A stretch of DNA of 64,000 bases from Candidatus Falkowbacteria bacterium (lineage in GTDB: Bacteria > Patescibacteriota > Patescibacteriia > UBA11705 > JABHMO01), in assembly GCA_018665965.1 (NCBI GenBank), contig JABJBF010000023.1, forward strand, positions 1 through 64,000, in the 5' to 3' direction. Every line of letters begins with the position of its first letter. Position 1 is the stretch's first letter. A program made the position numbers and the translations under genes. This document shows, piece after piece, positions 16,494 to 25,189 of the stretch. The notes under the pieces were generated by a model. It saw only the letters and a list, made by a program, of their open reading frames with translations. It did not search any database and had not been told where the DNA came from.

Positions 16494-16568
16494 ACCTACA
16501 TCCCTTTAACTCCAGAATTAATTATTAAGATTAATCTTTAAACTTGGTTAGTCTTTGGCAGTGGAGCC

Positions 16569-16618
16569 TTATTGCCGTGTCTAGCTTTGTTTAGCCTTAT
16601 TATTTGTATGAATACTGA
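16569..16618 (+). repeat. ~45-bp intergenic repeat, copy 2 (ttgccgtgtctagctttgtttagccttattatttgtATG)
   Basis: See copy 1. Confidence 0.55.
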
Positions 16619-16732
16619 AGATATCAAGAAATCAATTTTAAAATTTCTAAAGAGATTGTCGGAATAAAAAAATACTACCTGATTTTCCTTTTAAAACTTG
16701 GTGAAGTTTATCGGGTAGTTTAGAATGATGAT

Positions 16733-16981
16733 ATGTTAGAACAAATCAATCAACAAATCGAAGTTTTAGTTGCTTTTATGCGGGATCGGGTGATGCCGCT
16801 TTCTTTTTCTTGGAATAATAAAAAACATTCAATAAATAAAGTGAATTTGGTTAATAGCGAAAGAATCGGCCGGGACAAGGTTTATTATTATTCAGTAAGT
16901 TCGAACGGGAATTATTTCAAATTGTGTTTCAATACAGAAAGTAATAAATGGTTATTATCAGAAGCATACTATGATAATTGA
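16733..16981 (+). CDS. Small hypothetical protein immediately upstream of and overlapping dinB (possibly YolD-like polymerase accessory protein)
   Basis: 82-aa ORF overlapping the dinB start by 11 nt. This position is typical of small accessory proteins of Y-family polymerases; no motif confirmed. Confidence 0.35.
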   Translation: MLEQINQQIEVLVAFMRDRVMPLSFSWNNKKHSINKVNLVNSERIGRDKVYYYSVSSNGNYFKLCFNTESNKWLLSEAYYDN

Positions 16982-18188
16982 GAGAACAATTTTTCACATA
17001 GACATGGATTCGTTTTTTGCCACCATTGAACAGCAAGCCCGGCCATACCTTCGCGGTAGGCCGATCGTTGTTTCTGGCAAGGAAGGTTCGCGGAGCGTAA
17101 TTGTAGCTTCATCTGTGGAGGCTAAGAAGTTGGGGATCAAAACGGGCATGTTGCCATTTGAGGCTAAGGCTCTTTGTAAGGCTCTTATTTTTGTAGAACC
17201 AGATGGATTAAAGTACGAAAACGCTTCTAGGAAAATGATAGAAATATTCAAGCAGTATACTGAAAAAGTAGAGGTTTTTAGTATTGATGAAGCCTTTTTG
17301 GATATGACTGGTTATTGCAAAGATGCTGAACAAATAAGTTGTTCAGCTAGGAGAATCAAAGCCCAAATTAAGGCCGAGTTAGGGGAGTGGGTTACTTGTT
17401 CAGTAGGTGTTGCGAAAAATAAATTATTGGCTAAATTAGCCTCAGGATTAGACAAGCCAGATGGTTTGTTTTTTATTAATGATCAAAATAAAGAGGCAGT
17501 TTTGAGCAATATTGAATTAGATGATTTTTGTGGTATTGGTAGGCGGATAAAAAAGCATTTGAGTGATTTAGGTGTTGATACTGTTAGCAAGCTTAGAGAA
17601 TATCCAAAGGCGGAACTATGCAGGATTTTCGGTCCTTTTTATGGTGAGAAACTTCAGAACATGTCGTGGGGTGAAGATAACGAGCCAGTCACCTCTTATT
17701 TACAACAAGCAGAAGCAAAATCTGTTGGCCGGTCATATACTTTAGCTAAGAACACATTTGATAAAACTGAGATACTCACTGTATTACTGCATCTATGTGA
17801 AAAGACCGGCCGTGAACTGCGTCGTAATAATTTGGCTGGTAAGACAATAGTTGTTTATTGGAGGTATGCTGATTTTACTCACGGTGGAGTACGTAAAACT
17901 TTTCCAGGTTATTTGAATGATAGTTTTCGGTTTTATGAACTTGGAAAAAAGAAGATTTCAAATTTCAAATTTCCCAATGCTGTACGTTTACTTGGAATTC
18001 ATGTTAGTAATTTAGTAAAAGATTACCAACAGTTGCCGTTATTCTCAAAAGATCGTCAACAAAAAAAACTTTTACCATATCTTGATGAAATTAATGATCG
18101 CTATGGGGAATTAACTATTAAACCTGCATTTTTATTGAAACTCAATCGCTTGCGTAATAAAGTTGGTGGATTTCGCTTGCAGGATTAG
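16971..18188 (+). CDS. dinB: DNA polymerase IV (Y-family)
   Basis: 'IFHIDMDSFFATIEQ', 'VFSIDEAFLDMTG', 'GVAKNKLLAKLAS' conserved Y-family motifs. Confidence 0.85.
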   Translation: MIIERTIFHIDMDSFFATIEQQARPYLRGRPIVVSGKEGSRSVIVASSVEAKKLGIKTGMLPFEAKALCKALIFVEPDGLKYENASRKMIEIFKQYTEKVEVFSIDEAFLDMTGYCKDAEQISCSARRIKAQIKAELGEWVTCSVGVAKNKLLAKLASGLDKPDGLFFINDQNKEAVLSNIELDDFCGIGRRIKKHLSDLGVDTVSKLREYPKAELCRIFGPFYGEKLQNMSWGEDNEPVTSYLQQAEAKSVGRSYTLAKNTFDKTEILTVLLHLCEKTGRELRRNNLAGKTIVVYWRYADFTHGGVRKTFPGYLNDSFRFYELGKKKISNFKFPNAVRLLGIHVSNLVKDYQQLPLFSKDRQQKKLLPYLDEINDRYGELTIKPAFLLKLNRLRNKVGGFRLQD

Positions 18189-18225
18189 TTGTGTTATAAT
18201 TTAACTATAAAAATAAAGTATTATT

Positions 18226-18312
18226 ATGAAATGTGACAAATGTAAATGCGCTCCTTGCAAGTGTAAATCTAAATGTACCAGCTGTGGTTGTAAGACCTGT
18301 AAGTGTAAATAG
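18226..18312 (+). CDS. Metallothionein-like Cys-rich peptide (28 aa; MKCDKCKCAPCKCKSKCTSCGCKTCKCK), not in ORF track
   Basis: 9 Cys in CxC/CxxC arrays. -10-like 'tataat' upstream. Hairpin terminator downstream at about 18321-18375. Confidence 0.4.
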   Translation: MKCDKCKCAPCKCKSKCTSCGCKTCKCK

Positions 18313-18404
18313 TCATAGTTGAAAGGACGAGCCTACCTGCTGTAAGCAGGTTAATCACAGCTCGTTCTTTTGTTTAGGTGAAAATTTTGTTATAATCCTA
18401 TTAT

Positions 18405-19379
18405 ATGAAAAAGTCTGAATTTGATAAATTTGTAGCAAAATTGCTAGAAAAGGGTTTCGTTTATTCTCCAGTTAAAGATGGAGAAATGGTTTTAGTTAAA
18501 CAAATTTTTAAACCGGGGGATATGGACTGGTCTGGTGACATACCATTGAATTCATTCAAGTCAATTGTTTTGCCAGCTAAACAAGATATGGCGACATATT
18601 CCAAGGACGTAGCTAAAGTTATTAATGAAAAAATAAAGCCTATTTTTATTCTTGGATTAAATATTTTAGATTTACGAGCCTTGGCTTTATTTGAACAGGT
18701 TTTTGCTAAAGATTATTATTTTCAAAAGCGTCGACAATCCTTACATTATATTGGTTTAACTAATGGCATTGAGGATGATTTACGTAAATACAAAGTGTTT
18801 AATAAAAAATATGAAGAAGATGTGTTAGAGCATCTTATTTTTGATGTTTTTGTTGAAAGACAGAAGAGTGGTAATTTGATTTTGTTTTCCGGCTCGGAAA
18901 AAGGTCAACAGCTTCTGGAAAAAAGTAAAATTGAAGACTACGAAAATATTGAATTTGCTGGATTTATACCTGAGCATGGTCCCAATCCTTTGATTGAACA
19001 AAAAAAGCTAGCAATATTGAACAATCCTGACCACCCACTATGGGATAAATTAGCTAAAATTTGTCTTAGTTGCGGGAAGTGCTCAATCCATTGTCCAACC
19101 TGTTTTTGCTTTGACCAGAAGGATAAGGTTGAATTTGATCAAGTCGTGAAAACACGACAATGGACAACCTGTTTTTATCCAAAGTTTTCTGAAATAACGG
19201 GTGGTAATAAAGAATTGGATTCAGTAAAAAAGAAATTATATTTTTGGTATTATCATAAATTTGTACGCATTCCTGATGAGTTCGATTACTATGGTTGTGT
19301 TAGTTGTATGCGTTGTTACAAAACTTGCCCAGTTGAAATTAATATTGCTGAGAATTTGCAAGAATTGAAAAAAGTATGA
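18405..19379 (+). CDS. [NiFe]-hydrogenase group 3b-like iron-sulfur subunit (HydB/beta-like)
   Basis: Two ferredoxin-like Cys motifs 'CGKCSIHCPTCFC' and 'CVSCMRCYKTCP'. Lies in an operon with hydrogenase small and large subunits. Confidence 0.6.
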   Translation: MKKSEFDKFVAKLLEKGFVYSPVKDGEMVLVKQIFKPGDMDWSGDIPLNSFKSIVLPAKQDMATYSKDVAKVINEKIKPIFILGLNILDLRALALFEQVFAKDYYFQKRRQSLHYIGLTNGIEDDLRKYKVFNKKYEEDVLEHLIFDVFVERQKSGNLILFSGSEKGQQLLEKSKIEDYENIEFAGFIPEHGPNPLIEQKKLAILNNPDHPLWDKLAKICLSCGKCSIHCPTCFCFDQKDKVEFDQVVKTRQWTTCFYPKFSEITGGNKELDSVKKKLYFWYYHKFVRIPDEFDYYGCVSCMRCYKTCPVEINIAENLQELKKV

Positions 19380-20173
19380 AAAATCAATATGCCCTACAAC
19401 CAGCAAAGGTTATTAAAGTAGTTAAAGAAAATTCAATTACCAATACTTTTTATTTTAGTTTGGACAAGCAAAATGAATTAAAATTTTTGGCAGGGCAGTT
19501 TATGCAAATTGGCTTACCAGGTTTTGGTGAATGCCCTATTTCAATTTCTTCGAGCCCAAAGTTGTCAGATAAACATTTTTGTTTAACAATTCGTAGTGTT
19601 GGAGAATTAACTGCTAAATTAAATAACCTGAAGGTTGGCGATAAAGCTTTTGTGCGTGGACCTTTTGGTAACGGATTTCCTGAGGTTACTAAAAATTTAA
19701 TTCTGATCGGTGGTGGTTGTGGTTTTATTCCATTGCGAAGCGTGTTCGAAGAAAATCGCAATCGTAAAGATATTAAGCTTCAAGTGTTGGTTGGTTGTTC
19801 GACACAGGAATCACTAGTATTCAAAAGAGAGTATTCAAAAATAAAAAACAAACATGATTTTGGATTGATTTTGGAAAATGAAACTATTCCCGGGTTTGCT
19901 AAACAAAAAGGATTTGTTACGGACTTAATAAAGAAAAAGAAGTTATTGAAGAATTCGTTAGTGTTTGTCTGTGGGCCAGCGATAATGTACAAGTTCGTTG
20001 TGAAAGAACTTTTGGCCAAAAAGGTTGAGCCAGCTAATATGTATTTTTCATTGGAAAAAAGAATGCATTGCGGAGTAGGAGTGTGTCAGCATTGTGCTAT
20101 TGGGTCCAAGTATATTTGCAAAGATGGTCCTGTGTTTAATTATGAATTTTTAAGAAGTGTAAATTATTTTTAA
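19376..20173 (+). CDS. Hydrogenase FAD/NAD(P)-binding subunit with C-terminal [2Fe-2S] motif (HydG/gamma-like)
   Basis: Ferredoxin-NADP reductase-like fold ('LIGGGCGFIP'). C-terminal 'CGVGVCQHC...C' motif as in DHOD electron-transfer / sulfhydrogenase gamma subunits. Confidence 0.6.
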   Translation: MKNQYALQPAKVIKVVKENSITNTFYFSLDKQNELKFLAGQFMQIGLPGFGECPISISSSPKLSDKHFCLTIRSVGELTAKLNNLKVGDKAFVRGPFGNGFPEVTKNLILIGGGCGFIPLRSVFEENRNRKDIKLQVLVGCSTQESLVFKREYSKIKNKHDFGLILENETIPGFAKQKGFVTDLIKKKKLLKNSLVFVCGPAIMYKFVVKELLAKKVEPANMYFSLEKRMHCGVGVCQHCAIGSKYICKDGPVFNYEFLRSVNYF

Positions 20174-20193
20174 TGAGTGAATAGATAAAAAAT

Positions 20194-20667
20194 ATGCCAA
20201 CAATTTTCAAAGACAAGGTTCAAACTTATCATTTAATTACTGCGATTCTGGTAATCACCTGTTTGATTTTTCTTATAATTCTAATGTCGCAGTACACAGA
20301 TAAACCAATTGCTTTGGACAACGCTTCAAAAACTGTATTAGCAATTATTTTATTGTTGAATGTTTTCATTTTGGCGTCTTTTCGAGAGTTAAACATCAAG
20401 GTAAGTGATACGCATTTAATCTTCGGGTTTATGAAATTCCGCAAGCGTATTTTAATAAGTAAAATAAAAAAAATAGAATTTAGTGAGTATAAGTTTCAAA
20501 ATTATTTAGGTTACGGTATTCGATTTGGTCGTGACAAAACAGTTGGTTATGTGCCTCGGGGAGGTAAAGGTTTAGTTATTACAGTTGCTGGCCAAAGACG
20601 ACCATACTTTTTTGTAACCAATCGACCTGAAGAATTAAAGGCAATTTTGGAACAACGTAAAAAGTAA
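20194..20667 (+). CDS. Hypothetical membrane protein (2 TM + bPH-like C-terminal region)
   Basis: Hydrophobic N-terminal segments; no catalytic motifs. Confidence 0.4.
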   Translation: MPTIFKDKVQTYHLITAILVITCLIFLIILMSQYTDKPIALDNASKTVLAIILLLNVFILASFRELNIKVSDTHLIFGFMKFRKRILISKIKKIEFSEYKFQNYLGYGIRFGRDKTVGYVPRGGKGLVITVAGQRRPYFFVTNRPEELKAILEQRKK

Positions 20668-20700
20668 CCAGTAAAGTGTAAAGGGTAATAAGGGACTGTT

Positions 20701-21069
20701 ATGAATAAAATAAATAATTATTACGATTTAAAGGCTTGGCAACGTGCATATAAATTTACTTTAAAAGTTTATGAGGTGACATCGGATTTTCCTGCTGAAG
20801 AAAAATTTGGACTTATAAGTCAAATCCGAAGAGCTTCAATATCGATCACCGCCAACATTGCTGAAGGATTTTCTCGCTATTATTTCAAAGATAAGATTCG
20901 ATTTTATTATCAAGCGAGGGGTTCGTTGTCAGAAGTGCAAAGTTTTTTACTTGTTTCAAGAGGTCTTAATATATTAGAAAGCAGTTTTTGTGAAGAGTTA
21001 GTAAATCATGCAGATGAGGTGAAAAGACTTATAAATGGTTTGATAAAATCAATTCAAAAACAGTTGTGA
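20701..21069 (+). CDS. Four-helix-bundle protein (PF05635-like), second copy
   Basis: 'YDLKAWQRAYKFTLKVYEVTSDFP...ISQIRRASISITANIAEGFSR' resembles the 14610 ORF family. Confidence 0.55.
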   Translation: MNKINNYYDLKAWQRAYKFTLKVYEVTSDFPAEEKFGLISQIRRASISITANIAEGFSRYYFKDKIRFYYQARGSLSEVQSFLLVSRGLNILESSFCEELVNHADEVKRLINGLIKSIQKQL

Positions 21070-21102
21070 TTACTTTTTACCTTTTACATTTTACTTATTA
21101 CT

Positions 21103-21870
21103 ATGAATAACAAAATAAAAGTAGGAATATTCCCATTGACCGGCTGTGAAGGTTGCTGTGTTGCGATTTTAGATTTACCAAATAAGTTACTTGAATTGAA
21201 TGAAAAAATTGAAATAGTAAATTTTCGTTTATTTGAAGAGGACGAACACTCACCAGATGAAAAGTACGATATTGTTTTTGTTGAAGGTAGCCCTTTGACC
21301 ACGCGAGATATCAAACAGTTAAAGTTGGTTAGGAAAAATTCAAAGTATGTCATCTCAATTGGTAGTTGCGCACATATGGGTGGAATTTATCATTTAAAAA
21401 TGTATCAAGATAAAAACAAAATTCATGATTATGTTTATCAAGGTGAAAAGGGAATTGAGAATTTGGATGTCAAGCCACTAAGTGCATACGTTAAGGTGGA
21501 TTTTTCTATCCCAGGATGTCCAATAACAGGAGAAGAATTTTATGATTTTGTATACCAGCTATTAATTGGCAAAGAACCAGCTATTACTCAAAATCCAGTT
21601 TGTTATGAGTGCCAAGTGAGGGGACAAAAGTGTGTTTTGCAATATGGTGAGGTCTGTATGGGGCCAATTACGCAAGGCGGATGTGATGCTATTTGTACAA
21701 AATCAATGCAAGGCTGTTGGGGTTGTCGTGGTTTAGTTGAAGATGCGGAAGTAGATAATTTAATCAAAAAATTAAAAGAAAAATATTCAGATAAAGAAAT
21801 CTCTAAATTTTTTGAAGTTTTTGGCGTTAAAGAGTTAGTTTGGAAGAAAAGAAATAAACTTAGAAAATAA
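21103..21870 (+). CDS. [NiFe]-hydrogenase small subunit (group 3-type, HydD/delta-like)
   Basis: 'GIFPLTGCEGCCVAILDL' and 'GSCAHMGG' proximal-cluster motifs; additional Cys clusters at the C-terminus. Confidence 0.7.
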   Translation: MNNKIKVGIFPLTGCEGCCVAILDLPNKLLELNEKIEIVNFRLFEEDEHSPDEKYDIVFVEGSPLTTRDIKQLKLVRKNSKYVISIGSCAHMGGIYHLKMYQDKNKIHDYVYQGEKGIENLDVKPLSAYVKVDFSIPGCPITGEEFYDFVYQLLIGKEPAITQNPVCYECQVRGQKCVLQYGEVCMGPITQGGCDAICTKSMQGCWGCRGLVEDAEVDNLIKKLKEKYSDKEISKFFEVFGVKELVWKKRNKLRK

Positions 21871-21883
21871 TTAGAAATTATTT

Positions 21884-22906
21884 ATGGCATTAACCAAGCA
21901 AGAAGAAAAAATATTAAAGTCAATTGTAATTGCATCGGAAAATAATCCAGAAAAGCCCGAATTTCCAGTTGATGATCCGAAGTTTCCCGCTACTCCAACT
22001 TACAAAATAAAAGTACCTGGATTTAATAATGTTTGGTTGAAGGATGAAAGTCATAATCCAACGGGGACGCATAAAGATAGAATGGCTTGGGAAATGGTAG
22101 TGACTTATCGTGATTTCTTGTTGTCAAAAAAAGGGGGACAAATAAGTAAATTACCCGATGTTTCAATAATCTCATCAGGTTCAGCAGCGATTGCCATTCA
22201 GGTGCAATTGAAAAAGTATAAATTACCTAATTTGCGAGTACTAGTTGATAATCACATTGATGATGAAATTCTGAAATTTTTGTATAAAACTGGTTGCAAG
22301 ATATTTAAAACTGATTTAAGTGAAAAAGCGTTTTCTTGGAATGAAATTTTGCGATTAACAAAAAATAAAAATGGTTTCGATATTACGTCAAGTGAAGCAC
22401 TTGATCCGACAACTAGATATTATGACTGGTTAAGTTATGAAATTATTAACAGTTCTCCTGACTATTGTTTTGTTCCGTTTGGGTCGGGACATTTATTTGA
22501 AAATATTTTAAATATTAATAAACGGGAGGTTGTGACAAGTCATCATGACCCAAGGTTTAGGGGTAGAGTGAATAAATTGAGAGCTTGTAATTTTTTTGGG
22601 TCGACCACTAACAATCCGAAGACTAAGGCTAATAAATTGTTTTCCCCTCATTTGCCCTTTGTTAATTATGATGAGCAGTGGATTAAACTTTATCGCTATG
22701 CTGGTTATTGTGGTTCGAAATCGGATGTTTATAACGTTAAAGAACAATTTATTGATGAGGCCTTGAGAGTTGCTGCGTGCCAACAAATAGATTGTGAGGC
22801 CTCTGGTATTGCTGGGTTGGCGTTGATGCTTCAATTGAAAAACAAATTACCGAAAGATAAAAAAATGTTAATTGTTAATACAGGTAAAATAAAATATCCT
22901 TTATGA
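21884..22906 (+). CDS. PLP-dependent enzyme, fold type II (Trp-synthase-beta / threonine-synthase-like)
   Basis: 'KDESHNPTGTHKDRMAWEMV' matches the 'NPTGSFKDR' PLP-lysine motif. Embedded between the hydrogenase small and large subunit genes. Confidence 0.5.
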   Translation: MALTKQEEKILKSIVIASENNPEKPEFPVDDPKFPATPTYKIKVPGFNNVWLKDESHNPTGTHKDRMAWEMVVTYRDFLLSKKGGQISKLPDVSIISSGSAAIAIQVQLKKYKLPNLRVLVDNHIDDEILKFLYKTGCKIFKTDLSEKAFSWNEILRLTKNKNGFDITSSEALDPTTRYYDWLSYEIINSSPDYCFVPFGSGHLFENILNINKREVVTSHHDPRFRGRVNKLRACNFFGSTTNNPKTKANKLFSPHLPFVNYDEQWIKLYRYAGYCGSKSDVYNVKEQFIDEALRVAACQQIDCEASGIAGLALMLQLKNKLPKDKKMLIVNTGKIKYPL

Positions 22907-24180
22907 AAACTATTAAAATAAATCACATCGCCAAAACTGAAGGCCACCTGAGTTTCGTTGGGGCTTTGCTTGGTAATGATTTTGCTCAAGCTCGCGTGGA
23001 CACAGAAGAGGGAGCTCGTTTGATCGAAGGAATATTATTAAATAGAAAATATTACGAAGCTCCGATTGTAACTTCGCGGATTTGTGGTGTATGCCCGATT
23101 GTGCATAATTTAACTTCAATTAAGGCCGTTGAGGCAGCTTTTAGTGTCAGGGTAACTCCGGAAATAATATTGCTTCGTAAGATCCTAGAAAATGCGCAAA
23201 TAATTCATAGTCATGCAGTACATGCTTTCTTTTTCTCGTTTCCTGATATCGTAGGTGTTAGTAATAATTTTGCTTTGATAAATAAGTATACCAAAGAGTC
23301 AAAAATTGCTCTTCAAGTTCGTGATTGGGGAGTGCAGTTAGCGCGAGTTGTTGGAGGTCGAACCGTTCATCCGATTAATAGTGTAGTTGGTGGATTTAAT
23401 GTTGAGCCAGACTTTGTTGAACTTAAAGAATTAATGCAAAAACAAAAGCAAGTTCTATTACAAGCTAGGCAAATTCATGATGTGGTTTTGAAATATAAAT
23501 TACCAAAGTTTCAAAGACCAACAAATTATGTTTCTTTGAAAAATAAAAATGAATATGCAGTTTATGATGGGAGCATTTATTTCTCAGATAATGATAGTTA
23601 TGATAAAGTCGAGGATTTCCTAAGTGACGTGCAAGAAACTGTTTTACCATATGAAAAAGTTAAACGCTCACATCATATGAAAGAAACGTTCATGGTTGGC
23701 GCTCTTGCTCGAGTGAACAATAATTATGCTCAGCTGAACAAAGAGGCAAAAGCTTCTTGGAATAAGCTAAAAGTGAACTTGCCGTGTTATAATTCATTCT
23801 ATAATATAGTAGCCCAGACAACTGAGATTATTAATTCAATTGAGGAGATAAATAAACTTTTTGTCCAATATGAGAAACTGCGAGCAAAACCGAAGTTTAT
23901 GAAAAACCTAAAAGTTGATTTCATAGTTAAGGCTGGTAAGGGTTATGCTGTGATGGAGGCACCTCGTGGGATCTTGTATCATGAATATGAATTTAACAAG
24001 GTGGGCGAAATTATTCATTGCAATGTAATTACACCAACCGCTATGTTTTTGGCTAATTTGGAAAAAGATCTTGAGAAATATTTGCCGCAAATTAAAAAGT
24101 TGTCAGATAAGAAGAGAGATTCGTTAATAAAAACTTTGATTCGGGCATACGATCCATGTATCAGTTGCGCGACGCATTAA
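22903..24180 (+). CDS. [NiFe]-hydrogenase large subunit (group 3b-like, HydA/alpha)
   Basis: N-terminal 'RICGVCPIVH' (RxCGxCxxxH) and C-terminal 'DPCISCATH' (DPCxxCxxH) Ni-Fe ligating motifs. Confidence 0.85.
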   Translation: MKTIKINHIAKTEGHLSFVGALLGNDFAQARVDTEEGARLIEGILLNRKYYEAPIVTSRICGVCPIVHNLTSIKAVEAAFSVRVTPEIILLRKILENAQIIHSHAVHAFFFSFPDIVGVSNNFALINKYTKESKIALQVRDWGVQLARVVGGRTVHPINSVVGGFNVEPDFVELKELMQKQKQVLLQARQIHDVVLKYKLPKFQRPTNYVSLKNKNEYAVYDGSIYFSDNDSYDKVEDFLSDVQETVLPYEKVKRSHHMKETFMVGALARVNNNYAQLNKEAKASWNKLKVNLPCYNSFYNIVAQTTEIINSIEEINKLFVQYEKLRAKPKFMKNLKVDFIVKAGKGYAVMEAPRGILYHEYEFNKVGEIIHCNVITPTAMFLANLEKDLEKYLPQIKKLSDKKRDSLIKTLIRAYDPCISCATH

Positions 24181-24240
24181 ATTTTAATTACCAAGTATAA
24201 AAAAGACCCTCCGTGTTACGGTGGGCCTTGTGTTTGTGAT

Positions 24241-25092
24241 TTACTGTTTTAGTTGCTTTTTTCTCTCGATATAGAGATCGCGAAGTTCTTCCATAGCGCT
24301 ATCGTTTCCGCTGTTGGCAGATGAAAGCGCTTTTGGGTCACCCTGGCTGATGGGCTTTGAGTCTGGCAAATTAACTCTTTCAATATCCCAATTATCTTGA
24401 GGATAAAGAACGATTTTTACAATTTCTGGCGTGATGGGCTGCAGTACTGTGTTGAAGTGTGGATGTCTACCAGGGGAGTCAAACATGTCAATTACGCCAT
24501 CTGGAAATTCATAGTACCAATACATAGGTGTTCCATCAACAGAGAAGAAACGTAGGTTTTTGTTTGGACGGACCTTATTGGAGATCCTTGGTTCACTTTC
24601 TGAAACATTCATTGAGGTGATGATTTTTTTAATTTCACCAAGGTCTGTGATGACGGGATTGCCAGTCTCGGGATGGAATTTCCATTCACAAGAAATTTCT
24701 TCATAACCGTTTAAGCCTGCAGCATAGCATTTATTTGCTTTTCCTGTAATGGGGTCAAATGAGCGATCTGCCTCAATGGAGTACATAAAGGCGCACGTGG
24801 TGAGATAGGCGATACCCGCCATGACCATGCCGATAGTTCGTCTTTTCCTATTCCAGGAGAAAAGCATCCCAATGCCGATTACCCCGACGACTGCCGGAAC
24901 AAAGGCGATTATACTTGCTAGCCAGTGATTCATTCCAGCAGAGGATTGCAAGGCGTCGGAAATCCACGGATAGATCATGAGAAAAGCAAATACAGTGCCA
25001 AAACGAATTAAGGCCATGAAAATCAGAATTGCAAGTGCGATACAGATAATACCTAGGATAAGTCTGGAGAATTTTAATCTTTTCGTCATCAC
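24241..25092 (-). CDS. Hypothetical integral membrane protein
   Basis: Four predicted TM helices in the N-terminal half; soluble C-terminal domain. Confidence 0.45.
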   Translation of the reverse strand: MMTKRLKFSRLILGIICIALAILIFMALIRFGTVFAFLMIYPWISDALQSSAGMNHWLASIIAFVPAVVGVIGIGMLFSWNRKRRTIGMVMAGIAYLTTCAFMYSIEADRSFDPITGKANKCYAAGLNGYEEISCEWKFHPETGNPVITDLGEIKKIITSMNVSESEPRISNKVRPNKNLRFFSVDGTPMYWYYEFPDGVIDMFDSPGRHPHFNTVLQPITPEIVKIVLYPQDNWDIERVNLPDSKPISQGDPKALSSANSGNDSAMEELRDLYIERKKQLKQ

Positions 25093-25189
25093 GACCTCCT
25101 TCTGTTAAAGATCAACCTTTCATACTAGTTTTATACATTTTAATGGTTTTGTCAAGTAAAAACCCACCTTGTCGAAGGTGGGTTTATTG

